Assembly: GCA_021161675.1 (NCBI GenBank)
Contig: JAGHAF010000077.1
Coordinates: forward strand, 7,404-71,403
Origin: Planctomycetota bacterium
GTDB lineage: Bacteria > Planctomycetota > Brocadiia > SM23-32
Length of the DNA stretch: 64,000 bases
Direction: 5' to 3'
Position 1 is the stretch's first letter. Every line of letters starts with the position of its first letter. Below, one piece after another: positions 1-9,817 of this stretch. The notes under the pieces were generated by a model. The model made no database searches and was not told the DNA's origin. It worked only from the letters and a program-made list of their open reading frames with translations. Both the position numbers and the translations under genes were made by a program.

Positions 1-108
1 ACCCTTTGATAAGCCGTTCGACAAGCTCTTGGCCCTGAGCCGTTTCGACTCCGCTCAAGGTCGAAACGTTGCGGGACGAACCGGCGCGGGACTTATGAAC
101 TATCCAGG

Positions 109-354
109 TTAATTATACGGCAGGAGGGCCATGAAACGAGCTTGCTTTATGGCGCGTTTGACCATCCGCTGATGGCGCGAACAGTTGCCCGAACGTTTCT
201 TGCTAAATATAGCTCCTTCGCCGGACATCAGGTGCTTAAGTTTCTCCACATCTTTGTAGCTAATCTCCTCCACTCTGTCCCGGCAAAACCGACAGCTTCG
301 GTGTGGCCTCGTTTTTCGCGTGGTGCGTGATCTCACGGCCTGGCGCTCTCCCAT
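109..354 (-). CDS. rpsR: 30S ribosomal protein S18
   Basis: 81-aa ORF containing RKTRPHRSCRFCRDRVEEISYKDVEKLKHLMSGEGAIFSKKRSGNCSRHQRMVKRAIKQARFMALLPY, which matches the conserved S18 core (CRFC ... YKD ... LLPY); stop TAA at 109-111. Confidence 0.85.
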   Translation of the reverse strand: MGERQAVRSRTTRKTRPHRSCRFCRDRVEEISYKDVEKLKHLMSGEGAIFSKKRSGNCSRHQRMVKRAIKQARFMALLPYN

Positions 355-526
355 CGAAATTTACATTGAGTCAGCATACCAGAAAGCCGTATCATAGCCC
401 GCGCGAGTCGGGTTGTCAATCGGACCAGGGCCATGGTAGGCATGCGCTGGGCTGATCCTAAGCCCGCTGGCAGAGGCGCAAGTCTCTCGCCTGTTCTTAG
501 CGGTTCCTTTCTGCGGAGATGCGCAA

Positions 527-1921
527 ATGACGGATAGGATGCAGTGGCTCGGCGTTGAAGGGCGCGACATCGTCAATGAAGACCGCGCCCCAGTGCTGCT
601 CAAAGGCTACTGCCTGGGCGGATGGCTCAACACCGAGAATTTCATCAACGGTTATCCCTTCGTGGACCATGCGTACTTCCAGGCCCTCTGCGACGTCATC
701 GGCCCCTCGATGGCGCATTACTACTACGAGCGGCAGTATGAACACTACCTGACCGAGGCGGACATCGAGCTGCTCGCCGACTGCGGCACGAACTCGGTGC
801 GCGTGCCGTTCAACTACCGCCTCTTCGAGAAGGATTCCAACCCGGGCTGCTACGACGGGCCGGGCTTCGAATACCTGGACCGGCTGGTGAAGTGGTGCCG
901 CAAACACGGGCTCTACGTGATACTGGACCTCCATTCCGCCCAGGGTTGGCAGAACCCGGGCTGGCACTGCGACAACCCGGCGGACGTCTGCCTGCTCTGG
1001 GACAGCCGCCACTACCGCGACCGCGTTGCCGACCTGTGGCAGGCCATCGCCCAGCATTACCGCCAGGAGCCGACCATCGCCGGCTACGAAATCGTCAACG
1101 AACCGGTGGCCCCCACCGGCGATATACTCCAGCAGTTCTATGAGGAGGTCGGCGCCGCCATTCGCAAGGCCGATCAGAATCACATCATCTTCGTCGAGGG
1201 CAACAATTACGGACGCGACTTCGAGGGGTTGGCCCCCTTCGACGACAAGGTCGTCTTCGCCAGCCACCAGTACGTCCCCGGCGCCTACGAGCCTCAGCCC
1301 TATCCCGACGACGTGACAAATCCGGATACCATCGTCGAAACCTACAGGGCCTGCGCGGAATACGCCAGCCAGGCGGGCGCCCCCATGTGGTGCGGCGAGT
1401 TCGGCGTGCAGGGCCACGTCGGCAGCAACGAGATGCGCCAGGGCCGCCTGCGCATCGTAGACGAGCAGATCACCAATTTCGAGCGCCTGGGGCACTCCTG
1501 GTCAATGTGGACCTACAAGGACGTGGGCGTGATGGGCCTGGCCGTGCCCCGCCCCGACACCGAATACATGACGCGGAGCGCGCCGGTTCGAAAGCTCAAA
1601 GACGACCTGGAAGTAGACGAGTGGACAGGCCCGGGCTTCCTGGGAGGCGACACGTTCAGACCTATGCTCCAGCGCGTCGCCGCTCTCGGCGGCCCGGCGC
1701 TGGAGCGGGGGGAGATATGTCGCGTGCTCGGCCGCCAGTGCCGGGACGGCATCGCCAGGCTGCTGCTCAGGCCCTTCGCGGAGCAGTTCGAGGGCATGAG
1801 CAAAGGGCAGCTCGACCAGATGATGCGCTCCTGGCGGCTGGAGAACTGTCGCATCCATGAGGAGATGGTCGCTATCCTGAGGAAACATCGCGCCGTAGGC
1901 GCAACGGAAAAAACGCCATGA
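527..1921 (+). CDS. glycoside hydrolase family 5 (cellulase-like), no signal peptide, about 150-aa C-terminal extension
   Basis: GH5 hallmarks: GYCLGGWLNTE near N-terminus, catalytic acid motif IAGYEIVNEP, and a second Glu region WCGEFG; no N-terminal hydrophobic signal. Confidence 0.75.
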   Translation: MTDRMQWLGVEGRDIVNEDRAPVLLKGYCLGGWLNTENFINGYPFVDHAYFQALCDVIGPSMAHYYYERQYEHYLTEADIELLADCGTNSVRVPFNYRLFEKDSNPGCYDGPGFEYLDRLVKWCRKHGLYVILDLHSAQGWQNPGWHCDNPADVCLLWDSRHYRDRVADLWQAIAQHYRQEPTIAGYEIVNEPVAPTGDILQQFYEEVGAAIRKADQNHIIFVEGNNYGRDFEGLAPFDDKVVFASHQYVPGAYEPQPYPDDVTNPDTIVETYRACAEYASQAGAPMWCGEFGVQGHVGSNEMRQGRLRIVDEQITNFERLGHSWSMWTYKDVGVMGLAVPRPDTEYMTRSAPVRKLKDDLEVDEWTGPGFLGGDTFRPMLQRVAALGGPALERGEICRVLGRQCRDGIARLLLRPFAEQFEGMSKGQLDQMMRSWRLENCRIHEEMVAILRKHRAVGATEKTP

Positions 1922-3279
1922 AAGACAGATTGCTTGACCTGTGCCAGAAGCTGCCGGCGGACTACGTCGAAGTGCGCGTTCAGGAGGGCGTCGGCGCCAG
2001 TATCCACTTCGCCGGCAAAGAACTGGAGGACATCGGCGAGAGAACCCAACGGGGCGGCTGCGTCCGCGTGCTCGCCGGCGGCGGGTGGGGATTCGCCACG
2101 TTCGACGACCTGGACCAGGTGGACAGATACGCCCGCATGGCGCTGGAGCAGGCGCAGCTTGTCGGCGGGGAAGCCTTCCGCCTCGCGCCGGTCGAGCCGA
2201 TTCAGGCCTCCTATCGCTCGCCGGTGGACACTGACCCGGCCGACGTGCCGCTCGCCGACAAACACGCCATGTGCCGCCGATATAACGAGGCCATCCTGCG
2301 CCACGACCGTATCCAGACCAGCGCTGTTATCTACCGCGACGGCCATGCAACCACCTGCTTCGCCAACTCGGAGGGCAGCTTCATCGAGCAGACCTACGTC
2401 TTCTGCGGCATCGTGGTGGCCGCCATCGCAGTAGACGGGGCGAATATCCAGCGCGCCCGCGAGGATAACGGCGACCTGCGCGGCTTCGACAAGGTCACAG
2501 GCATGGACGAGGCCTGCGAGAAGGTGGTCCAGCGGGCAATCGAATCCCTCGACGCCCGGCCCGTCCAGGCGGGGTCCCACACAGTGATCCTGGACCCCAG
2601 GCTCTGCGGCGTCTTCATTCACGAGGCATTCGGCCATCTGAGCGAGGCGGACTTCCTCTATGAGAATCCGCGCATGGCCGAGATCATGCGGATCGGCCGC
2701 CGCTTCGGCCCGGACATGCTGAACATCACAGACGACGGCGCCCTCGAGGGCGAGGCGGGTTTTATCGCCTACGACAGCGAAGGCGTGCCCGGCGCCCGCA
2801 CCCCGCTGATAAAGAACGGCGTCCTGGCCGGACGGCTCCACAGCCGCGAGACGGCCGCGAAGATGGGCGAAGAGCCCACCGGCAACGCCCGCGCCATATC
2901 CTACCGCCATCCCCCCATCGTCAGAATGACTAACACCTTCATGGAACCGGGCGAGACGCCGCTGGACGAGATGCTTCAGGAGACCCCCGACGGCATCTAC
3001 GCCGTCGGCTTCCTTGGCGGACAGACCAACAAGGAGATGTTCACCTTCAGCGCTGAGGAAGCGTACAGAATCCGGGGCGGAAAGATCGCAGAGAAAATCC
3101 GCGACGTCGTCCTCACCGGCAACGTCTTCAAAACCCTCCAGGACATCGACCGGATCGGCGATGATCGGAGCATGTACGGCGGCCTGGGTGGCTGTGGAAA
3201 GAAGGGGCAGAGCCCGCTGCGCGTGGGCGACGGCGGGCCGCACTGCCGCATCCAGAACGTAGTGATCGGGGGCCGATAA
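1918..3279 (+). CDS. tldD: metalloprotease TldD
   Basis: 453 aa with HEAFGHLSEADF (HExxxH zinc motif typical of TldD); ATGA overlap with upstream gene; followed by pmbA. Confidence 0.85.
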   Translation: MKDRLLDLCQKLPADYVEVRVQEGVGASIHFAGKELEDIGERTQRGGCVRVLAGGGWGFATFDDLDQVDRYARMALEQAQLVGGEAFRLAPVEPIQASYRSPVDTDPADVPLADKHAMCRRYNEAILRHDRIQTSAVIYRDGHATTCFANSEGSFIEQTYVFCGIVVAAIAVDGANIQRAREDNGDLRGFDKVTGMDEACEKVVQRAIESLDARPVQAGSHTVILDPRLCGVFIHEAFGHLSEADFLYENPRMAEIMRIGRRFGPDMLNITDDGALEGEAGFIAYDSEGVPGARTPLIKNGVLAGRLHSRETAAKMGEEPTGNARAISYRHPPIVRMTNTFMEPGETPLDEMLQETPDGIYAVGFLGGQTNKEMFTFSAEEAYRIRGGKIAEKIRDVVLTGNVFKTLQDIDRIGDDRSMYGGLGGCGKKGQSPLRVGDGGPHCRIQNVVIGGR

Positions 3280-3280
3280 T

Positions 3281-4597
3281 ATGCCTGACAACATAGCAGA
3301 ACGAATCCTGGAGATAGCAGCGGCCCGCTTCAGCGCAGCCGAGGTGTTTGAAGAGAACTCCGAAACCGTGAGCGTGGACTTCGAGGACAACCGTCTCAAG
3401 GAGATCACCACCCGCCAGATGCGAGGCGTCGGGCTGCGCATCATCCACGAGGGCCGCATCGGTTTCTCCTCCACGACCGACCTTCGCCGGCCCGAGCGCC
3501 TGGTAGAGATGGCCGCCGCCAGCGCGCAATTCGGCGACGAGGCCGCCTTCGAGCTGCGCGGCCAGCCGGATGGGGCCCCTCAGGTCGAACTCTATGACGA
3601 CCGAACGGCCTCTATGTCCGCGGAGAGAATGGTGGAGATGGGCCGCGAGGGCCTGGACCTGTGCCGCAAGGCAAACCCCGGCTATCTCTACGCCGCCCAG
3701 CTTGGCGCCACTGTCCATCTGCAGCGCGTGCTGAACACCGCCGGCCTGGACTTCGAATACCCCTCGACCGGCATGCGCGCCAGCGTTGAAATCGAGGAAG
3801 TGACCGACGAGGGTCTGCTGCAGGTCTACGAATACAGGACCTGGGGAACTTCCTTCGATACCCTTGCCGACCTTGCCCGCCGCGTGCTCGACAAGATGGC
3901 CGACGCCTCCACCGTGGCCCCCGCGACGCCGCAAGAGATGCCCATGATCTTCACGCCGAAAGCGCTCGATAACCTCCTCATGCCCATTCAGGTGGCCCTG
4001 AACGGCAAACAGGTGCACAAGGGCGCCTCCGTGCTGCGCGGACGGATTGGGGAGCAGGTCCTCGACGAGCGCCTTTCCATCACCGACGACCCCACCATCC
4101 CCTTCGCGCCCGGAAGCTGCCCCGTCGACGACGAAGGAGTGCCGGCCGCGCGCCGGCCCGTCTTTGAGGGCGGCGTCCTGCGCACTTACTTCGCCGACCT
4201 CCAGACTGCCGGCTTGCTGGGCATCGAGCCCACGGGCCACGGATTCCGCGGATACAGCAGCCGGCCCTCCCCCTCCGGCACGAATACCATCATCGCCCCC
4301 GGCGAGACATCCCTGGCCGAGATGAAACGCGATATGGAGCGCGGACTGATCATTGACGAAACCCTCGGCTCGGGCCAGAGCAACGTGCTGGCCGGCGAGT
4401 TCAGCGTCAACGTCCTGCTGGGCTTCCTCGTGGAGCAGGGGCGCATCGTCGGGCGCGTCAAGGACTGCATGGTGGCCGGCAACGTCTACGAAGTCCTCAG
4501 CCGAGTGGAGGCCATCGGCAGCGAACGGCAGTGGCTTGGCAGCGTCTGCGCCCCGCCCATCATGATCCGCGGGCTGAAGCTGGCCGCACAGGGCTGA
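3281..4597 (+). CDS. pmbA: TldE/PmbA family protein
   Basis: 438-aa TldD/PmbA-fold protein lacking the HExxxH motif, immediately downstream of tldD (1-bp spacing), the classic tldD-pmbA pair. Confidence 0.8.
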   Translation: MPDNIAERILEIAAARFSAAEVFEENSETVSVDFEDNRLKEITTRQMRGVGLRIIHEGRIGFSSTTDLRRPERLVEMAAASAQFGDEAAFELRGQPDGAPQVELYDDRTASMSAERMVEMGREGLDLCRKANPGYLYAAQLGATVHLQRVLNTAGLDFEYPSTGMRASVEIEEVTDEGLLQVYEYRTWGTSFDTLADLARRVLDKMADASTVAPATPQEMPMIFTPKALDNLLMPIQVALNGKQVHKGASVLRGRIGEQVLDERLSITDDPTIPFAPGSCPVDDEGVPAARRPVFEGGVLRTYFADLQTAGLLGIEPTGHGFRGYSSRPSPSGTNTIIAPGETSLAEMKRDMERGLIIDETLGSGQSNVLAGEFSVNVLLGFLVEQGRIVGRVKDCMVAGNVYEVLSRVEAIGSERQWLGSVCAPPIMIRGLKLAAQG

Positions 4598-4653
4598 AAG
4601 CGCCGGTCGAATTATGAACTATGAACGGCGCCGACTCTCTTGCCGTTGCCGCG

Positions 4654-4798
4654 CCTGACTCCTGTCTCCTGATCCCTGACTCCTGCCTCCTGATCCCTGA
4701 CTCCTGCCTCCTGATCCCTGACTCCTGTCTCCTGATCCCTGACTCCTGTCTCCTGATCCCTGACTCCTGTCTCCTGATCCCTGACTCCTGTTCTTCAG
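4654..4798. repeat. 21-bp perfect tandem repeat, about 6.8 copies (CCTGACTCCTG[T/C]CTCCTGATC)
   Basis: Direct reading: units at 4654, 4675, 4696, 4717, 4738, 4759 and a partial at 4780; only position 12 varies (T/C); intergenic between pmbA stop and smpB start. Confidence 0.95.
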
Positions 4799-4882
4799 AT
4801 GGCGCTTTTTTCGTTGACTGCCCATTCGGGTGAAGTGTTACGGATTGCATTGGCGTCCCCGCGCGGATACCATGTTCTCATT

Positions 4883-5344
4883 ATGACCGGCGCATCCAAC
4901 AACGTTAAGATCGTCGCCCGCAACCGCCGCGCGCGCCACGATTACTACATAGAGGATACGTACGAAGCGGGGCTCGCGCTGCAGGGCACCGAGGTCAAGA
5001 GCCTCCGGCAGGGGGAGTGCAGCGTCACCGAGGCATACGCCGCTCCGCGCGGGGACGAGCTGTTCATCTTCGACATGCACATCCCACCCTACGAGGCGGG
5101 CAACATCCAGAACCACGAGCCCACACGCCCGCGCAAGCTGCTGCTGCACCGCTGGCAGCTCGACCGCATCATATCCCGCTGCACACAGCGAGGTTACACA
5201 CTCATCCCGCTTTGCGTGTACTTCAAGGAGGGCCGCGCCAAGGTGGAGATCGCGCTGGCCCAGCGCAGGAAACTCTGGGACAAGCGGCGCAAAACAGAAG
5301 AGCGCCAGCGACGCCGCGACGCGAAACGCGACCTGAGCCGTTGA
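4883..5344 (+). CDS. smpB: SsrA-binding protein SmpB
   Basis: KIVARNRRARHDYYIEDTYEAGLALQGTEVKSLR ... LLLHRWQL ... EIALAQRRKLWDKR matches SmpB throughout; ATG at 4883 chosen over the upstream ORF start so the gene does not overlap the repeat. Confidence 0.9.
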   Translation: MTGASNNVKIVARNRRARHDYYIEDTYEAGLALQGTEVKSLRQGECSVTEAYAAPRGDELFIFDMHIPPYEAGNIQNHEPTRPRKLLLHRWQLDRIISRCTQRGYTLIPLCVYFKEGRAKVEIALAQRRKLWDKRRKTEERQRRRDAKRDLSR

Positions 5345-5511
5345 GGGCCTCTCGCAAAGCGGCCAGGCGCACCTCACCACGACGACACGACGGGCACGAC
5401 GGCTAAAGAAGGCAGAAGGATCAAGTCTCAGGAACGGCAGCGGCTTTCGGCCACAGATTCGCACTGCTTGCCCTTCGGGGTCCCGCCGGACCAAGGAATA
5501 GCGCTCACACC

Positions 5512-5823
5512 GTGAGAGGCGCCAGGGCTGCGGCAAGCGCAAACAGGTCAGCGGACAATCTCACCAATTATGACTACAACGCCGCGAACGAGCTGACGAG
5601 CCTGCACGACAAGGTCTCCGACGCGACAAAGCCCCTATGGCGACGGAGCGACGGACGGACTTACTATGCATACGACGCGAACGGCGCCCCGGCTTGCGAG
5701 CGCCTACCTGTAACCGGGCAGGTTAGATCTGGAGGCAAGGCGCCTCTCGTTACTGTAGGGCTCGAGCGCGCTGCGCCCGCATTTGCTTTTTGTGGGCAAC
5801 TCGTGTATAGTTTATTCGAGTAA
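5512..5823 (+). pseudogene. orphan RHS/YD-repeat fragment (about 100 aa, no toxin or core domain)
   Basis: Translation contains NLTNYDYNAANELTSL and RTYYAYDANGAP, two YD-repeat units (xxYxYDxxNxLTS); isolated in a 1.25-kb non-coding gap. Confidence 0.4.
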
Positions 5824-6596
5824 ATCGTAAAATAGTTCCGATTCAGACAGCAGCGGCCATTTTGGCCGGGAGGCGGATCAGGTGAGCAGGAGAGCGCGTT
5901 TGATCGACTCTCAGTGGAGTCAGTGAACGCAGTGTTTTTTCGTCTTTGTCACCTCTTCCCCTGTTCTCCTGCTCGCCTGCTCTATTTCGCCCTGCTTACG
6001 GGGCAAAATCGGGGTCTCTGACAAAGCAAATCTCGAAGATAAGGAAGAATGTCCGCTATGTCCGCAGGATCCGCTATGTCCGTTAAGTCCCGGAAAGGAC
6101 GTTGGACCGGCGAGCTTCGCAAAACGAACCCATTCTGTAGTATCGTCTTGCTACAAAGGCACTTGCGAGCGGTGTCAGAATGCTTGCCCGGGCCGCTACG
6201 TTCATTCGTCGTGGCGGGGCTGGTAAACGTTATGGCGTAGTGGTGAAAGCGCTTGCCATAAGTCGCTGTTCCTACTCCGCTCGCCCGGGAGCCGCGCGAC
6301 GAGCTACGAAAGGCAAGCCGTGGTGAAAAGCGCCGGAACGGTTACAGCAAATCTCAGCCGGGCAGCGGATGTTTCGGACGTCCATTGGCCGCAGGCGACG
6401 GTTGCTCTTTGACATTTCGTAAGCGTTCACCATCCCGGCCAGCGGGACTGAACACGCAGAGACGGCGAAGGACGCAGGGAAAACAAGGCGGGAAGGAAAG
6501 GTAGCCTACTTCGCCCCGCTGGGGCGGCGCGCATCGCCATGCTTTGTCGGCCTGCGGGCGAGTGCGTTAGAGCAGTAGATCAGTTGATCGCCTCAG

Positions 6597-7556
6597 CTAC
6601 TCCGCCCGCAGGTCCAGCCAGGCCTGTTCCTCAGGGCTCAGTTCCAGATCGAGCGTTTCGATGTCTTGCTCTATCTCCCGCCGGTTGCGACATCCGACAA
6701 TCGCGAAGATGCTGAGCCGCTGGCTGAGGACGTAGGCCAGGGCGACTTGCGGGACGCTCAGTGCTTTCTCTGCGGCGAGCCGGCGCGCCCGATCGAGGCG
6801 GCGGAAGTTCTCCTCGTGGCAGAATGCGCGGACGCAGGCGGGGTCGAGCGTATCCTTGATCTCCTCGAAGTTTTCCGGCGTGAGCCGTCCCGAGAAAAAG
6901 CCCCTGCCCAGGCTCGACCAGGCGAACACCGGCATCCGGGCACGGCGGTACCACTCGCGGGACTGCAGGCCCTCCGGCCCCCCGATGCTCAGGCAGCCCT
7001 CCCAGAGGGGGGCGAACGGCCGCGCCAGGGTGAAGTTCGGGCTGCTGGCCGCGAATGGCGTCAGATTATGCGCCTCGGCGTAGCTGTTGGCCGCCCGGAT
7101 GCGCTCGCATGTCCAGTTGGACGCGCCGAAGGCGCTTATCAATCCCTCGTCGCGAAGCTCATTCAGGACGTCCACGAGCGCCCCCACGTCAACGCTGGGA
7201 TCGTCCCGATGGAGCATGTAGAGGTCCATGTAATCGGCGCCCTGGCGGTCCAGCGATTCCTCGAGGTCCTGCCGGATGGCCCGGGGGTTGACCCGGGGGC
7301 CGAAGTCGTCGTAGTGGGCGCCTTTGCCCAGGATGACCACTTCGTCGCGGACGCCGCGATCGTTGAACCATGCCCCGAGCCTGCTCTCAGTGAGTTCGCC
7401 GTAGACGTGGCCGGTGTCGAAGGTGTTTATGCCCAGCTCGAAGGCGTTATCCAGCAGTTCGAACCCCGCGTCCTGCTGCCATTCTCCCAGCACCATGGTG
7501 CCCAGCACGAGGCGTGAGACGCGCTTCCGGATTCCCGGCACTTCGCCGTATTTCAT
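6597..7556 (-). CDS. aldo/keto reductase family oxidoreductase
   Basis: 319 aa; N-terminal LVLGTMVLGEW ... ELGINTFDTGHVYG typical AKR signature. Confidence 0.8.
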   Translation of the reverse strand: MKYGEVPGIRKRVSRLVLGTMVLGEWQQDAGFELLDNAFELGINTFDTGHVYGELTESRLGAWFNDRGVRDEVVILGKGAHYDDFGPRVNPRAIRQDLEESLDRQGADYMDLYMLHRDDPSVDVGALVDVLNELRDEGLISAFGASNWTCERIRAANSYAEAHNLTPFAASSPNFTLARPFAPLWEGCLSIGGPEGLQSREWYRRARMPVFAWSSLGRGFFSGRLTPENFEEIKDTLDPACVRAFCHEENFRRLDRARRLAAEKALSVPQVALAYVLSQRLSIFAIVGCRNRREIEQDIETLDLELSPEEQAWLDLRAE

Positions 7557-7571
7557 CCGTAAGTCCTCCCG

Positions 7572-8558
7572 TCAGTCGTGTTCCGAAGGATAGGTGAGGC
7601 CCCATTGAGCGCGGATTCGGTCCATCAGGCGCAGGATGGCGAGGGATTCCTCCAGGGGCATGGTCTCGCTTTCCTTCTCTGAGGCGCGGAGGCATCGGAT
7701 GACCTCCTCGGCCTCGTAGTTGTAGCCGTTGCCCTCGTAGGGCGCCTCGATTATTTCTTCCTTGCCGCCGGCGCTGAGCGTGAGGGTCGAGGGGTGCCAG
7801 AAGGGGTGATGGACGCGGATGCGGCCCTCCGTTCCCACCAGCACGGCCTCGTGGGGCGTATTGGCGCGCACGGCGCATGTGAGCAGCGCGAGCTGGCCCT
7901 CCGGGTATCGCAGCACCATGGCGGCCTGTTCGTCCACCCCGGTCTCGCCGATGTGAGCCAGGGAGGCAACGTCGTCCGGCGGCTCACCCAGCAGCAAAGA
8001 GGTAAGTGAGAGGAGATAGCACCCGACGTCCAGGAGCCCGCCGCCGCCGAGCTCAGGGCTCAGCCATCGGCTCTGGGGCTCCCATCCGATGCGGAAGCAG
8101 AAATCGGCCTTCACCATGCGCAGCTCCCCGATGGCGCCCTCCTCCACCAGGTCGCAGAGTTTGGCGATGGCGGGCAGGAAGCGCATCCACATCGCTTCCA
8201 TCAGGAACACGCCTTCCTGCCGGGCGCAGGCGACCATCTGCTCCGCCTGGCGGGCGTTCATGGCGAAGGGTTTCTCGCAGAGCACGGCCTTGCCGGCCTT
8301 CATGCAGAGGATGCTGTTGTCGCGGTGAAAGGTGTTAGGCGTGGCGACGTAGACGACGTCCACGTCGGGGTCCCGCGCGAGTTTCTCGTAGCTGTCATGG
8401 CGGTGGGGGATGTCCCACTGCTCGCCGAACTTGTCGGCGGTGTCTTGCGCGCGGGAGCCGACGGCCACCAGCTCGGCGTCGCGCACGAAGCTCAGTCCCT
8501 CGGCGAAAGAGCCGGCGATGGCGCCGGCGCCGATAATACCCCACTTGACGGGTTCCAT
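7572..8558 (-). CDS. Gfo/Idh/MocA family oxidoreductase
   Basis: MEPVKWGIIGAGAIAGSFAEGL Rossmann N-terminus; about 330 aa, typical family length. Confidence 0.8.
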   Translation of the reverse strand: MEPVKWGIIGAGAIAGSFAEGLSFVRDAELVAVGSRAQDTADKFGEQWDIPHRHDSYEKLARDPDVDVVYVATPNTFHRDNSILCMKAGKAVLCEKPFAMNARQAEQMVACARQEGVFLMEAMWMRFLPAIAKLCDLVEEGAIGELRMVKADFCFRIGWEPQSRWLSPELGGGGLLDVGCYLLSLTSLLLGEPPDDVASLAHIGETGVDEQAAMVLRYPEGQLALLTCAVRANTPHEAVLVGTEGRIRVHHPFWHPSTLTLSAGGKEEIIEAPYEGNGYNYEAEEVIRCLRASEKESETMPLEESLAILRLMDRIRAQWGLTYPSEHD

Positions 8559-8588
8559 TTCACTGTCTCCTTCGTGGTTTAGATGTTC

Positions 8589-9752
8589 TTATGGCCGGGC
8601 GGCGCGGACCAGCGTGAGCAGATGGGCGTCCTCCCGCGCGTCGAGCCGGCAATGCTCGGTGAGTATCCGGTCGAAGTCAAGCTCTGTGGCGCCGGTGCGA
8701 ACGGCTATCTCGGCGGCCGCAGCTACAGTCCCGGCGAAGACCTCCGGCTCGATGCCCTGCTGGGCAACGGTACGCAGCCCGTAGATCAGCCGCTCCCAGG
8801 GCTCGAGCTTGCGCATGATGCCGCGCACGCCGCGCTCGATCGGGTCGGCGAAGACGGGGCACGTCGTGCGCCGCAGAATCCAATCCGTGTAATTGAGCAG
8901 CTCGCTGCGGTCCAGGGCGGCGCCGTGCTTGCGGAGCAAGGCCGGCGCGACCTCTGCCGTGAGCAGCCGGTGCGCCAGCTCCATGAGCTGCGCGTCATCG
9001 CGCAGCTGGTCGAAGCGTCGCGCGTCCCGCAGCCATCCCAGGCAGCCCAGCGCGGCGTGCAGGCCGTTATGGGCCAGCATCTTGGTGTCTTCGGACGCGG
9101 CGAACAGCGCCGGCGCCTGGGGACGGAGGGCCTCTGGCATCCCCTCAAGCCCTGCGAGCACGCGCTCTTCGACGGGGATGCCGTAATAGGGCTCCGAGAC
9201 GACGCCATAGTCCAACCCCGGGGCGATGGGCTCCAGGGGCGGCTCAGGGTCCTGCACGAGTTTGCACATCCGGCCCATGACTGTGTCGCCGACCAGCAGC
9301 CGCTCCGGCAGTGGTCGGCAGGCTTGCTCCTGGACGGCGGCGCGCAGTTTCCGGGCGACCTCCACGCCGTTTTCACCGCAGGCCACCCGGAGCGGGCGCC
9401 CGGCGGGGCGCCGGGCCGCCGCATCGGCCACGAGGGGGGCCAGCTTCGGCAGGTTCCGCTCGCCGACGGCGGTGAACACCAGGTCCGCCCTGTCCATCAG
9501 CTCGTCTATTTCCGCCGGGGCGGCCGCTGTCAGGCATAGGCCGCTCACGTTGCCCACGCTGACGCTCCGGACAGAAAGGCCCGTCATGTTGAGCGCATAG
9601 TGTCCTGCGCGCGCAAGGTGGCGCAGCAGGTCCTGCTTCTGCGCTATGTCCACGTAGGTGATCCGGCAGTTGGGGCTCAGCTCCGGGCCGATGAAGCCCA
9701 GGCCGAGCGCGCCCGCGCCGAACACAACGCAGCTGGTTTCGAGGCTTTTCAT
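8589..9752 (-). CDS. mannitol dehydrogenase family protein (mannitol-1-phosphate 5-dehydrogenase-like)
   Basis: 387 aa; VVFGAGALGLGFIG, VFTAVGERNLPKLAPLVA and VACGENGVE align with MtlD GAGNIGRGFIG / TTAVGPVVLERIAP / IIACENM. Confidence 0.65.
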   Translation of the reverse strand: MKSLETSCVVFGAGALGLGFIGPELSPNCRITYVDIAQKQDLLRHLARAGHYALNMTGLSVRSVSVGNVSGLCLTAAAPAEIDELMDRADLVFTAVGERNLPKLAPLVADAAARRPAGRPLRVACGENGVEVARKLRAAVQEQACRPLPERLLVGDTVMGRMCKLVQDPEPPLEPIAPGLDYGVVSEPYYGIPVEERVLAGLEGMPEALRPQAPALFAASEDTKMLAHNGLHAALGCLGWLRDARRFDQLRDDAQLMELAHRLLTAEVAPALLRKHGAALDRSELLNYTDWILRRTTCPVFADPIERGVRGIMRKLEPWERLIYGLRTVAQQGIEPEVFAGTVAAAAEIAVRTGATELDFDRILTEHCRLDAREDAHLLTLVRAARP

Positions 9753-9817
9753 TGCGCGTCTACCCGTCTCGTCCGATGGACGCCATGGCTATTGTTTCGA
9801 CGCCGCATTCCTGTGCG

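Noticed and set aside
1-108. Possible 5' end of a minus-strand gene downstream of rpsR (rplI expected)
   Set aside because: No ATG, and the translated frame (SGVETAQGQELVERLIKG) does not resemble the L9 N-terminus. It is at the window edge and cannot be resolved
1513-3474. 653-aa ORF antisense to tldD/pmbA, plus many similar long antisense ORFs (e.g. 497..1495, 3128..4240, 19357..20919, 22403..23968, 31201..32493, 33172..34482, 40764..42269, 50088..51317, 53332..55092)
   Set aside because: Arg/Ala/Gly-rich low-complexity translations with no recognisable motifs. They lie opposite well-supported genes and are an expected stop-codon-poor artefact of about 65% GC DNA
4560-4850. Minus-strand ORFs across the 21-bp repeat encoding (QESGIRR)n or (SQGSGDR)n
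   Set aside because: They are open only because a 21-bp unit lacks stop codons; there is no start context or flanking coding sequence
6049-6240. 63-aa ORF beginning with three ATGTCCGC(T/A) mini-repeats (MSAMSAGSAMS ...)
   Set aside because: Too short, no RBS, and odd composition. It is likely a chance ORF in a non-coding gap, with only three repeat copies
5345-6596. Looked for a tmRNA (ssrA) gene next to smpB
   Set aside because: No GGGG ... 5' end, no tRNA-like T-arm (GGTTCGANTCC) or CCA 3' end on either strand. The apparent tag-like frame (ANRSADNLTNYDYNAANE ...) is better explained as RHS YD repeats
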